Positions 7,820 to 19,700 of a DNA stretch of 64,000 nucleotides are shown in pieces; positions within the stretch are counted from its first letter, which is position 1, and every line of letters begins with the position of its first letter. The position numbers and the translations under genes were made by a program. Under the pieces are notes generated by a model that ran no database searches, was not told the DNA's origin, and saw only the letters and a program-made list of their open reading frames with translations. Origin of the DNA: Epithemia pelagica (lineage: Eukaryota > Protista > Bacillariophyta); NCBI GenBank assembly GCA_946965045.2, contig OX337228.1, forward strand, positions 3,844,001 through 3,908,000. The letters are read 5' to 3'.

Positions 7820-9217
7820 ATGGCATCCACCGCGTCACCCAGAAGATCCCCTTCGTCGTCGATGGCGGCGCCTAGGAGCAGTACTGCTCGCGAGGACACG
7901 TCGTCATCCAGCGGTGGTGGAATTGGAATGGAAGAATTACGAAGTTGGGCCATTACCATGTTACAAGCCTACAGTGGTGGAGGAGACCAGGCGGGGCCAT
8001 CGTCGCCCCAGACTCAAAAAGCCCAACAAGCTCGTGTCCAAGGCGCCACCAATGTCCAATCCATGAACGAATTGTTGCGTGCCGCACGCACCGGCGAGAA
8101 CGAACGCACACAAGGTCACTCTGCTTCGTCCAAGTGGACAGATCGATTGCGAGACAATGATCCTGACATGTTTCGACTGGACCTTAGTGCGGCCTTGTTG
8201 CGCGACATGACCAATGAGGAGAAACAGGATATCTTGCAGTCCATGGCCCGCAATACTTCTGTCCGTATCGTCCATTTGAGTGGTTTGCAAATGATGGAAT
8301 GTTGGACTCCAGAGGAATTCCAACAATTGGTAGAAGCTGTTGGCCAGTTACCCAATTTGCAAGAATTGTTTGTCTTTCGGGGCAACAACCGGCACTTGTC
8401 AGAAGACTTGTTGGGCCGTGCGGTGGAATCGGCACAAGGATTGGAAGTTCTCATGTTATGGGGGTATGGCAAACTCGAGAACCATCCCGATTTTGCCGGT
8501 GTCTTGCGGCGGCATTCCAATTTGCGTCGCATTACCATTACGCTACCGGAAAAACGAGACTATGCCTGTATGGACATTTACGTCATGGGCTTTGCCGAAA
8601 TGATCAACTTGCAGTGTTTGAATCTTCGTGGAACGGGAAAACAAGTGGAACCCGTCGTTTCTCCCGAAGCCATGGGCGTCTTGATGTCGAGTCAATCGAT
8701 TGAATCCTTGTACATGGAACATGTCGGTTTGATTGATGACCATACCGACGTGATTTGCGATGAATTGCGCAACAACAACACGACCTTGGCCTTGTTGGAT
8801 CTCAAGGACAATTACTTTTCCGACGATGCCCTCTTTACCTTTGCGCAAGCCTTGCCACACAATCGGACCTTGCAATCCCTCGACTTGTCCGGTGTCCAAG
8901 TGACGGATCGAGGCGGTCGCGCCTTGGCGCAGGGCATGACCTCCAATTCCACCTTGACGCATTTGGAATTGGAAGGAACGGCGGCCAAATATGCCGACGA
9001 ATTTGCCATTGTCCCCGGTCGTCACGAACAAGCCGAATGGTACTGTGCATTGGATTACCAATTGCGCTTGAATCGAGCCGGTACGACGGGGAATCGCAAA
9101 AAGTTTGTCGAAGCTCTCAATGCCGTCAGCGATCATTTGGGCTGTCTCTACACCTTTGTTCGACAATCGCCGCACTATTGCGATTTGCATCCCCGAACGG
9201 CCACCGCCAGCTATTAA
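7820..9217 (+). CDS. RNI-like leucine-rich repeat protein
   Basis: Single ORF with RNI/NLRC3-type repeats (LRNNNTTLALLDLKDNYFSDD, LPHNRTLQSLDLSGVQVTDRGGRALAQGMTSNSTLTHLELEG). First ATG at 7820. Confidence 0.8.
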   Translation: MASTASPRRSPSSSMAAPRSSTAREDTSSSSGGGIGMEELRSWAITMLQAYSGGGDQAGPSSPQTQKAQQARVQGATNVQSMNELLRAARTGENERTQGHSASSKWTDRLRDNDPDMFRLDLSAALLRDMTNEEKQDILQSMARNTSVRIVHLSGLQMMECWTPEEFQQLVEAVGQLPNLQELFVFRGNNRHLSEDLLGRAVESAQGLEVLMLWGYGKLENHPDFAGVLRRHSNLRRITITLPEKRDYACMDIYVMGFAEMINLQCLNLRGTGKQVEPVVSPEAMGVLMSSQSIESLYMEHVGLIDDHTDVICDELRNNNTTLALLDLKDNYFSDDALFTFAQALPHNRTLQSLDLSGVQVTDRGGRALAQGMTSNSTLTHLELEGTAAKYADEFAIVPGRHEQAEWYCALDYQLRLNRAGTTGNRKKFVEALNAVSDHLGCLYTFVRQSPHYCDLHPRTATASY

Positions 9218-9445
9218 CACAATGAAAGACTTGTGAAATTTGGCCCTTGTTTCTTCCATACTTGTCGGTTGCCGCGGTGGCTCCTTTTTCCTGGCGCGTT
9301 CCAAAGTGACGACAGGATACAGTTGCATCATATAGTTACACTAAAATGCCTCGGTTTCATCCAACTCCTCGTGTGTGACTCTTGCGCTACCCCTAGAAGT
9401 ACCCGTAATATCCCGGACGGCTCCTCGTCTTGGTCGTTGTCGTTG

Positions 9446-10681
9446 TTAGGGGTTTTGGGCCGTGACGAGCAGCAATCGATCGTCAAACTGAATGGTCCCG
9501 TCGACAGGATGGATTCGATGGGCATGCAAGTGGGGAATGGTGCATTGGGCCGCGTGTTGCAATTCGTCGGCCGTAAAATGCGCAAAGGTACTCCACATTT
9601 GGTCTTGTACCATGGTTTGCCAGGTAGTCAGGGGCATGGTACAGGAATAGGGTGTCAATGCCATGGTGTGGACCGATTCATATCCAGCCTGTTGCAAGGC
9701 TTGGACAAACACCTCGACGGGTGGTTGATGAGCGGCCCAGACCTCCAAGGCTTGGGGCCACAGGGGATAATCCAAGTCGTATTGGGGACGGGTGACAATC
9801 CAGAGACGACCCTTGGACACGAGCCTCGTTCGCAATCCCTCGAAAATGGGCACACAGTCCTTCAAGGGAAAATGATGTACCACTTCCTTGAGCAAGACAA
9901 CCTGAAACGAGTTGGGTGGTGGCAGCATCCTGGACAACGACGTTGAAGACGACGACGAGGATGATGATACAGCACTCGAACGCTCGGTGGGGAGAATGAA
10001 TTCTTGCGCCGATGCTTGGACAAAGACAATCTCGTCGTCCTTGTTGTTGTCATCGTTGTTGTCCTGGGTTTGGTGATTGTTATTATTGGTGGTGTCCACA
10101 GACGGCGTCAAAAAGGGATCAACAACGACCGCGCGTCGTCGTGTGCCCTCGGTGGCGGATGGAAGGGAGGAAAGCAAATGACGGGTAAAATTGCCGGTTC
10201 CACCTCCCACATCCAGCAAGGCAACGGTAGACTCTTTCTGGTTGTTGTTGTCGTTGTGGTTGTTTGGGAAGGACGGCCAGTGGGGCACCAATTGTTGGGC
10301 GACATGATCCATGTAGGCGGTGGAGGAATAAAAAAAGGCATTTTGGTAGGACTGGGCCGATTGATGGTGTCCATAATGTTCTTGGACTAGTGTTGTTTCA
10401 TCCTGCAGGCGTGTCTGGTTCTCACCACGACAAGAAGAAGAAGGAGTGGTATTAGACACTGGTTGTGAGTCGTCCGGATGATCGTGGTCGTCCTGGTTCG
10501 TGTCGTGGGTGTCGTCGGCATGATGTGTCGTGCCGTTGGTCGGTGCGGTCGTCATGATGGCAACACTTGTTCGGGGTGATACTGGAATTCTCCGACGCGA
10601 ACGACTTGCGCGATTTGTGGTTGCCTCTACAACAATAAGGCTGGAGGACAAAGCGGTTTGAAGTAGACGAGGAACGAGCAT
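9446..10681 (-). CDS. Class I SAM-dependent methyltransferase, unknown substrate
   Basis: Motif I LLDVGGGTGNF, post-II FQVVLLKEVVHH, and GRLWIVTRP. Start uncertain (ATG 10681 or 10555). Confidence 0.8.
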   Translation of the reverse strand: MLVPRLLQTALSSSLIVVEATTNRASRSRRRIPVSPRTSVAIMTTAPTNGTTHHADDTHDTNQDDHDHPDDSQPVSNTTPSSSCRGENQTRLQDETTLVQEHYGHHQSAQSYQNAFFYSSTAYMDHVAQQLVPHWPSFPNNHNDNNNQKESTVALLDVGGGTGNFTRHLLSSLPSATEGTRRRAVVVDPFLTPSVDTTNNNNHQTQDNNDDNNKDDEIVFVQASAQEFILPTERSSAVSSSSSSSSTSLSRMLPPPNSFQVVLLKEVVHHFPLKDCVPIFEGLRTRLVSKGRLWIVTRPQYDLDYPLWPQALEVWAAHQPPVEVFVQALQQAGYESVHTMALTPYSCTMPLTTWQTMVQDQMWSTFAHFTADELQHAAQCTIPHLHAHRIHPVDGTIQFDDRLLLVTAQNP

Positions 10682-11026
10682 GGAGGCACTACACCATTCC
10701 CACCATTGGTCTCCGAGATTGTTTTGGAGGATGGCAAGAAATCCAAAATCCAACATCCAACCTCTGTTTGAGAACAAAATCGAAACTCCTGGCACGGCAC
10801 GCGCGTCGCGCATGAAAATCGAGGCGGCACAGCCCCCTGCCCGCGCATGCCCACGAGAACGAGACGTGCATGGGATCTTTTTGGTTTGTCTTGGCTTGGA
10901 TCTTTCGGGAGAGAATGCAGTCATTCTCTCGTCGTGTTACTGTCCATCATCTTCCTATTACATCTCTCTCTCAACTCTCTCTCTCTCATCAACCCATTTT
11001 GGTTGTAGCTTGTGGTTCTTTTGCGC

Positions 11027-13234
11027 ATGCAACGGAACAATCTCGGTTTGTTCTTCCCGCACGTGATTCTTGCACGACGAATCCTTGTCTCGTCTAGCCC
11101 GACGGCGATTGCCAGCAGCAGCACCACCACCACCCGTAACTCCTCGTTCCTTCAAAGGTCATTATTTCATTACAAGAGTATTCACCCAACAACCACCGCA
11201 AACAGAACCATCCCGACAAGTGCAAGACCCTTGACACACCTGAGGACCGTGGCCACCAGTAGGATGGACAAGAACAACAACGACAATGGCGACGACGACG
11301 CCAAGGGCACAGTCCCACCCCCCAAACAGGGACCCGCGACTTCCAACGCAGTACGCACCACGATTCGAGAAGGATCCGTGATTATGCATGTTCCGGCCGG
11401 TCAAGAATCGACCGTCTTTTACAATCCCGTCCAGGTGCAAAATCGAGATTTGAGCATTCTCATGATTTCTCTCTATGGACAACATCGGGCCATACAAATT
11501 GCCACCAAACACTATCAACAGCGTCTCAAGCAGCAAGGACAAGAACAAGAACAAAAACGAGAAACTCCACAACAACAAACCAAACAACCACCACCACCAG
11601 CCAAACTAGACACCAGCACGGCGTCCATCGAAACGGCCGTGGCCGACTATCAAGCTCGATTGCAAGCTCAACCGCAGTTGGCGGTCCAGGAATTGGCCTC
11701 CCGGGACAGTGCTCATGGCTTGTGCATTTTGGATGCCTTGGCTGCTTCGGGGTTACGATCCTTGCGGTATTGGAAGGAAATTCCCGGAGTCCATCACGTC
11801 ACCATTAACGATTTGGACCCGGCCGCGATTGAACGGGCACGCACCAATCTCACCGACAATCACTTGCAACACGAACAATTGGATCGCCAAACGCAATATC
11901 CACCACCACAACAACAACAAGAGGGTGATGGTGCGAATAAGGACACTGGTCCTCGTCGACGAAGTCGTGGTATTTGGATTCAATCGGGCGACGCCACAAC
12001 CGAATTGTACAACAGTCGACCCACGCAAAAGCTTCGCAAAGGCTTGGTCGCGACGGATGCCTCGTGGGATGTGATTGATTTGGATCCCTACGGATCCGCC
12101 GCTCCCTTTTTGGATGCGGCGATTCAAGGCGTGACCAATGGTGGCTTGATTGCCTGTACCTGTACCGACATGGCCGCCTTGGGCGGGTCTCGTGCGCACT
12201 TGTGTGTGGGGCGGTACGGGGCCATGCCCCTGGCCAAGGCACCCTACTTGCAGGAAATGGCCTTGCGCATCTTGTTGCAATCCATGGCCGTGACGGCCGC
12301 CAAATATGGACGAACCATTCATCCCGTCTTGTCGGTCGGCATGGATTTTTATGTCCGTGTCTTTGTCATGGTCCACGACGACAAGGGCGGTGTTCATTCC
12401 CTCTCCAAACACCTGGGCTACGTCTACCAATCGACTCAATGCGATTCCTTTGAGATTGTCCCCATGGGACACGAAAAGAATCCCCAACTCTTTGCCGCGG
12501 GACGAGCGCCTCCTCCCTGTGCGCAAAGTCCCAAGGGACAGTACAAAATTGGGGGTCCCATGTGGATTGGACCCATTCACGATGCCACCTTTGTCCAACG
12601 TGCGATCGAGACCCTGTCGTCGTCGTCATCCGATTCCGCATCATCATCATCATCATCGTCGTCGTCTGTAGTAAATGTCTCCTTATTGGCCACACGACAA
12701 CGCTTGTTGGGGTTACTCTTGTCCTGTCGCGATGAATTGCCGCATGTTCCCTTGTTTTATTCCTTGTCGGACATGGCCCGGACCTTGTCGGTTCCCACAC
12801 CGCCCACAGCCCTGGTCCGCAATGCCTTGGCCCACATGGGCCATGCCATGTCCGCCTTTCACAAGGAACCCAAGGCGCTCAAAACCACAGCCTCCTCCCA
12901 ACAACTCTGGGATATCCTCAAAGCCTGGGTCGCACGCGATCAAGACCAACAAACACGAAAACCACCCAAACCCGGCAGTGTGGCCGAATTCATTTGGCAA
13001 CAACCCATGGTCCATACCGTCGACTTTTCCAAACCTCCGCCATTGACGACGACAACGACGACGACGACGACTGCCATGGAACATGTTCGACGCTTTCCCA
13101 AAAACCCCAAGGCCTATTGGGGACCCAAAAAGGCTGCCACCGGACATGCTACTGGTCCACCCACCAAGAAACACAAGACGGAGGAATCCAAAGCCAAACC
13201 AGATGCCTCTACAACAGAACCGACGGAAGAATAG
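11027..13234 (+). CDS. TRM1: tRNA (guanine-26-N2)-dimethyltransferase
   Basis: VFYNPVQVQNRDLS, ILDALAASGLRSLRY, DVIDLDPYGS, CTCTDMAAL. Start uncertain. Confidence 0.93.
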   Translation: MQRNNLGLFFPHVILARRILVSSSPTAIASSSTTTTRNSSFLQRSLFHYKSIHPTTTANRTIPTSARPLTHLRTVATSRMDKNNNDNGDDDAKGTVPPPKQGPATSNAVRTTIREGSVIMHVPAGQESTVFYNPVQVQNRDLSILMISLYGQHRAIQIATKHYQQRLKQQGQEQEQKRETPQQQTKQPPPPAKLDTSTASIETAVADYQARLQAQPQLAVQELASRDSAHGLCILDALAASGLRSLRYWKEIPGVHHVTINDLDPAAIERARTNLTDNHLQHEQLDRQTQYPPPQQQQEGDGANKDTGPRRRSRGIWIQSGDATTELYNSRPTQKLRKGLVATDASWDVIDLDPYGSAAPFLDAAIQGVTNGGLIACTCTDMAALGGSRAHLCVGRYGAMPLAKAPYLQEMALRILLQSMAVTAAKYGRTIHPVLSVGMDFYVRVFVMVHDDKGGVHSLSKHLGYVYQSTQCDSFEIVPMGHEKNPQLFAAGRAPPPCAQSPKGQYKIGGPMWIGPIHDATFVQRAIETLSSSSSDSASSSSSSSSSVVNVSLLATRQRLLGLLLSCRDELPHVPLFYSLSDMARTLSVPTPPTALVRNALAHMGHAMSAFHKEPKALKTTASSQQLWDILKAWVARDQDQQTRKPPKPGSVAEFIWQQPMVHTVDFSKPPPLTTTTTTTTTAMEHVRRFPKNPKAYWGPKKAATGHATGPPTKKHKTEESKAKPDASTTEPTEE

Positions 13235-13415
13235 AACCTGCTACGGCCATGAGGACGAATTGTAAATAGTAACAAACCCTCTTTATAAATTATGTTGTAG
13301 ACATTATTGGATACAGAGCGAGTTGCAACAGAGCCAATGGAGTCCCAAAGCCAGGGTCCCCCCTCCTTTCTCCAAAGAAGAAGCCAGGTCGTTTCGGCCA
13401 CGATGCTCGAACTTA

Positions 13416-14942
13416 TTAATCATCCGAAGAACAGAGGTTGACTTGGAAACGGGCAAATTGAATGGTTTTACAGTAATTGTCATACTGGGCATCGTCACAG
13501 CAGGGTGGACCATTGGTCGAACAGAGACCGCCACGTCGGATGCAGTCGCTCATGGAAGCAGTCTCGGCGATTGCCGTGGTAGGCACGGTTGGCGTAACAG
13601 ATGGACGAAAGGATGGTGTTTGCGATGGAGAGGAGGATGGTGTTTGCGATGGAGAGTAGGAGGGTGTTTGCGATGGAGTGGAGGACGGTGTTTGCGATGG
13701 TATAGAGGAGGGCGTTTGAGATGGTGCCCCGGTGGGCGAGACAGATGGTACCGACGAGGGAGCCACGGAGGGGAACACGGATGGTTGCGTCGAAGGTGTC
13801 AATGATTCAGTAACGAAAACGCCAGTGCCGCCACACAAGGGGAGGAATCCTGTTTCGGCCGGGTCCGGGAGTGAGCCGCACACCACACTTTGGACCCAGG
13901 GTCGAATGTGACTCACGCGTGTATAGACTCCTAGTTTCCCCCATCCACCACATCCCTTGCCCCAACTGACAATGCCCACTTGTTCGGGGAACTCATTGCC
14001 CATGGATTCGGACACCATCAAGGGTCCCCCCGAATCACCATTGCAGGCATCTTTTCCTCCCTCCAAGAATCCCGCACAGACCATGCTGTCGGGATCGAGT
14101 TGACGGCCATAAAACATTTGGCAATACGATGCTACCCGAAATGGCACGTCTACTTTTTGAAGAGTTTCCACTTGTTGCGTACTCGATACGTTTGTTTGTC
14201 CCAAACCATAGACGGTCGCCGTGGTGTTATCTGGGACATCCTCCGTAACGAGGGATACTGGCTTGTGTGTACTGGCCAAGTCGGACAAGGAAATGGGAGT
14301 TTCCAAGGTGATAATGGCAACATCGTTGAGTAGCGAAGAGGACGTATAATTGGGGTGGAAGACGTAGGACACGGATCGAGAAAAGTAGGAAAGGCTGAAT
14401 CCACCCGTACTGTTCATTGTATGGGCACCAATCGCCACTGCTTCAATGCCATGGTTCAAATAATCGAGTCGGTTCTATAGAATAGGGAAGACCACAAACG
14501 GCCAGACAAGACCAAACTGCGTGTGAGAGAGACAGAGTAATACGTGACAGCAAGCAGCAATAGAACTAGCAGTTTCACGACAACGTACTTCTAAACAATG
14601 TGCCGCCGTCATGACATGACGTGACGAGAGTAACGACCCTCCACATTTTTGAAACTGGTACGTGTTACCCACAAGTGCTATCAAGGCCACATAAAAGGGA
14701 GCTTCCGACTCAGTGGCCGGTTGACCTCCGACGACATTCCTTCGTTGGTTCTGCAATATGGGACGAGCCTCGGTGCGACGAATGTGTGCATGGTCCCCCT
14801 CTTGTTTCGACGACGATGACGACGACAACAAGTGTCGTTGTTCCTCCGTGGATGAACCTCGCAGGGTCGAGCCGAATGACGGTGGGGCCCCTAACAACAC
14901 CACACAAATGAACCAATAGAGACGAAGAAAGCACATGAACAT
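13416..14942 (-). CDS. Secreted trypsin-like serine protease with PS-repeat linker and Cys-rich tail (2 exons: 14942-14589, 14474-13416)
   Basis: Signal peptide, activation site RNVVGG, catalytic triad TAAHC / NDVA / GDSGGP. GT-AG intron 14588-14475 restores the frame. Confidence 0.9.
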
Positions 14943-16774
14943 GATTGTGTTGGTGGTCTGTAAGAATGAGTCTTTTCCGTACACCAAACAAGAGCCAAAC
15001 AAGGAAGGGGCAACAAGAGCGTCCATGTGAGTTTGCGAGAGGTTCCATGGCGCAACGACACTCGAACTGAACCAACCTGATACAAGAGAGTTCTATCTAG
15101 CAAGGATTGACAATGCCCTTTGCTGGTTATGGGATGCTTCACGGTGGCAAGGCCACAAAAAAGTGGAATGCCCATCCATGATCTCGACAACCGACGACAG
15201 AGACACACACCAATAATGGAAAAATGAGACCACGACCAGTCCTGGACGCCGAGGCGAGGATGGCGCGGAAACCGTCTCGGACAGCGCTTGCAACGATCCG
15301 TTGGGTGTCGTACGGCACGATACAGCACGACGGGCGTGGATTCCCAAAGTCGCCGTCCGTCCATGGGTCCCTTTGGCAACCGTGGTCCACAAGCGTCAAA
15401 CGAATGCATGTGGGAAACGTCCCGGTCCCCAATGAAACACACATACGGTTGGCGGACGCGTCCCAATCGATCGTCTCGGATGCCTCGTTTGAGGATTACC
15501 AGTTCCACAGGGTGAGACTCCTTCTAGTGGGTCCCCTCAAGTGAACCACTCCGCCCACGGCACGATGACCCTCGAAGCTTCGAGAAGTGGCGAATGGGAA
15601 CCATTGCAACGTCGTCCATTTCCACAGATGGGACGACACTTGCACCAACCAGAAGAATCCAGTGACACATCATGCGCGTAAACAACCGCGTGAACAACCA
15701 GAAAAGCAATCATGGCTCGTTGGTGACACTCTTTGTGCGTTTTCAGGAGTGTTTGGACCAACCGCACTCAAAATGACCTTTCGTCACAACACTGTGATTG
15801 CTGCTCGGAACACGGGCGGATTCATTCCTTGTATTTCGTCCCCCCATCCATTTGTTTCTGGCTGGTACTTGTCTTCTAGGTTTATCGTTTTGCTCCTACC
15901 TAGTTCCCGCCGACTCTTCACTCTCTACTAGGCACAACTGGTCCCAATGGCGTGTTCCGCTCCTAGTGTCTTCCAATTCCGAGAGTCATGCATCCAGTGG
16001 AAAGTATTCTGTGCCCAGCGGATCATCCAAAAACCTTTCTGATTACTGGGTGTCCGTCCTCTAGGACCAGATGGTCCAGAGAAAAGCTTGTTCTCTTGCT
16101 CTGGTGGCGAGGTGCCGACAAACCATGATACTAGAGCATTGAAACAAGAGGAGCTTCCAAGAAGTCTTGCTACCTATATATGGGTCCCTTGTCCCTTCGT
16201 CTGCATCCCGCCAATTTACAACAAGAGAACTGGTTCTTCTCGAGAGTCTCTAGGTAGGTAGAGATACTAGCGAGGTAGTCTTTTGGCCCCAATAGTTGTG
16301 TCGTTGTCGGTTGGATGGAACTCGTCATGCCACCTCGCTCGTGCCACGAGCACAAGCCAGACGAACGAACGTGCCAGATCCAAAAAATTTCATAGGTGGG
16401 ACCAAATTTTATCGAAACTCGGGTCCGGTCCGAGCTGGAAATGACCCCTCACGCCGGGCGGCAATTCTGTATCCAATGATTTCATAGGCCAACCCAAGAA
16501 GGATTGGCATTGCCCATCGCAAGTCGTGCCTTCCAAAGAGCGCACTCGCCGAAACATGTAGCAAAACGCTACACTACAACGGTGCGTGTGGCGGTCCTTC
16601 GTGCAAGAAGTGGAAAAAGCAATAATATACCAAGTATATTGGAGACCTAGTCAGAGAATCCTTTGTGTGGAAGAGGTGACAACAAGGACGAACCAGGAAC
16701 AAACGTCCTCATTCACCCTCGTTGCCAACCTCGAATCTCCTTTGCTTAGTGTTCACCTCTGCCTGGTGATCATC

Positions 16775-19700
16775 ATGGTGTTGTGCTCCAGTCACACGGG
16801 GCAAGCTGCCATTCAGACCGCATCGTCCACCAGTTCGCTGATTGGCCATCACTACGGCAGTGCCAGTGGGAGCAGCAGTAGCCAGGACATTGCCAGTTTC
16901 CCCTTGCCCAAAAATGCCTTGCATGTCAACAGTCCATCGAATCATCATCCCAATTCAACTCCATCCAGAAGAGGCATTGGATCTCCTCGTCGACGAACCA
17001 CCAACGCGAATGCTTCCTCTTCTACGGAAGGCATTGCCGTGTGGAAAATCAACAAGGTACGTTTTCTTATGTTCCTCGTTTGCACTTTCTTGGAGCAAAC
17101 AACCCGACCCAGTGCCCCCAATACAACAACCTACACATGTCGTCTTAAATTTCATTTGATCTTGTTAGAAGCTAGTGTGTCTGATCGTTTTATGTGATGC
17201 TGTGTTTTGTTTCTTTTTGTGAATTGGAAAAACCTTATGCAATATTATTAGAATGGTAAATTGCAATCGCGACGATTGACCTTTTCTTCCGATCGCCGGA
17301 GTTTGTTGGTGACAACGACAAAGATCAAAACGATTCGCGGCTTTTTCAAGGCTGCCACTGGTTCACGCGACAATGAGACCAAAACACTGGAATTCGCTCG
17401 AGTGGATCGTATCCAAAAGGGAATGCATACGGCTCGGTTTGGTCGAGCCAGCAAAATCAATGATCTGGAACTACCCAGTGACAACACCAAAAGTAGTCAT
17501 AACCATCCATCCAATCCGCCCGAACTTGTCCAAGACTTGTTGCAAACACACAAAACTGTGTCGGTGATTTACGAAACCGAAGGACACTATGAGTCTTTGG
17601 ATTTGGCCATACCCGATCGAGATGACTACGAAAACGTGGTGCACACTTTAGAGGGATTGATACGTTTGCATCACGCCGAACGCAACTCCAAAACGCGCGA
17701 GTTGCAGCTCTTGCAATATCACTGGCTCGAACTGCGAAAACCACTGGAGACGCCCAAGTCCACATCATCGGACGCGGCACCAGCCGTACTCTCGCAGAAC
17801 GAATTTTTTCAGCTGGTCGATCGATTGGATTTGATGGAAGCATCGGGAGGAAAACAACAACTTGCCACCATGTTCAAAATACAGTGTGAGGGAGTCAAAC
17901 GAAAATCGGAACATTTGACCTTTTGGGAAACTTCAGCACTGATTCAAAAAATACGTGATGCACAGGATTTAGGAGTGAGTGATCACCTGGAACAATTATG
18001 GAATGAAATGTACTCGACGGATCCGGTCCCGGCCGTCTCGGTTGATGACGATGCCTCGTATTCCTCGTACGAACTAAATGTGATGGATGGGAACGATGGC
18101 ACTGAAGAGTCAGTTTCGACTGTGGCCTTTCTTTCGTTTCTGAGAAGTCACCAGCGAGAGTTCTCCACCAGTTTGGAGGAGGCAACGGAGTTGGTGAATA
18201 TTTTGAATGGCCTCCATTCCTCACGAGGGATGGAGAAACGCAAACAATCCAAATCAGTGGCCAAAAGTAATCCCTATGCCTCTCCCTCGCGCCGCTCGAG
18301 CATGGAGATTGCTCCCGACGATCGATTGACCAAATCACGATTCATGGATTACATGATATCCGATTACAATGATTTGCTCACCCAACCTGTGGACATGACA
18401 ATGACTCGGCCACTCTCTCATTATTATATCGCCACCAGTCATGCGTCGTTTCTCAATATACCAGTCAACTATCCAGGTGCCACGTCCTGGACTTTGGATC
18501 GTATGCATGACACTTCAAATTTCGACAAGGCAGAAGTAGAAAGTGTTTATACGGCCCTCTTTCGGGGAGTGCGATGTCTCGAGCTAATGGTTTGGGATGG
18601 ACCCAATCAAATGGAGCCGATTGTCGGCTTGACCCCCGATGACCGGAAATCAGTGCGCTTTCGGAATTGCCTACTTGCTGTTGCGTATTTTCTAGATCAA
18701 GAACCTGATTCTTTTCCAATCCTCTTGAAGATTGAGAATCACTGTTCCACGAAAGTTCAAGCACGTTTGGCACAGCAGATCCGGGAATTGCTGGGAGTAC
18801 ATGGACGTTTGTTTGAACCGACCGAACCTTTGCAGGATCCCAAGTTTGTTTTACCAAGTCCTCAAGAGGCCCGCGGCAAAGTTATAGTTCTGGGGAAACG
18901 GCCACGAGAGAGCGTGACATCGAAACATCAGCCCCGCGTAATGAATGACGATTTTGATTCGGACAATGATGAATGGAAAGTTCTGGCGACCCCTTCTGAA
19001 GTCAAGTACTTTGACGATGAGGAAGAATTAGGGGAGAATCAGGGCGTTGTCGTTGACTTTAACGCATCTGGTCCAATCTATAGCAGTGACATTCACGCAA
19101 TTGCACGCTCCCCAACAAAGATGTTTCAAAAAGCAGACCAGGAGAGAAAAGAGGCTGAGGCGGAAGCTAGACAAGCAGCGGAGAAAGCTGCCGACCTGGA
19201 GGGAAAAGCGCATCAAAAAGAGGTTGACGCCTTTGACATGTCCCAAAGAGCTGGTGTCTCGGTTGATGAACTAAAACGCGGACGACTCTCGGCGAGAATT
19301 GAACCCCCTCGACCAGAAAACATTGTGGAAGAAAAAAGCATGAAAGATGACGAGGGAGTTGAAATTCATGAGGTTGTCTCGGACATTGTCGAAGCGAGCC
19401 AACAAGAGTATGCCAAAGCCGCTCATGAGGCTATGGAGTCGGCAAAACGTGCCATGGCGCGTAAGCGTACTCTGGATGATGCCGATAGCCAGTTACGGGA
19501 GGCTCGTCAAAACTTGGAACAATCTCAAGAGCGTCTCAAGTATCTTGTTGAAGAGTCTCAACGAGCCCGACTCAAAGCCAAGGCTAACCACGAACATGCT
19601 GATAGCGCAAATGCCCGTCTGGAGCGTGTGCGCGATTTGTTGAAAAACAGTGAAGAGACATCGACGAGTGCGGAGACAGTAGTCGTCACTGCTCTAACCG

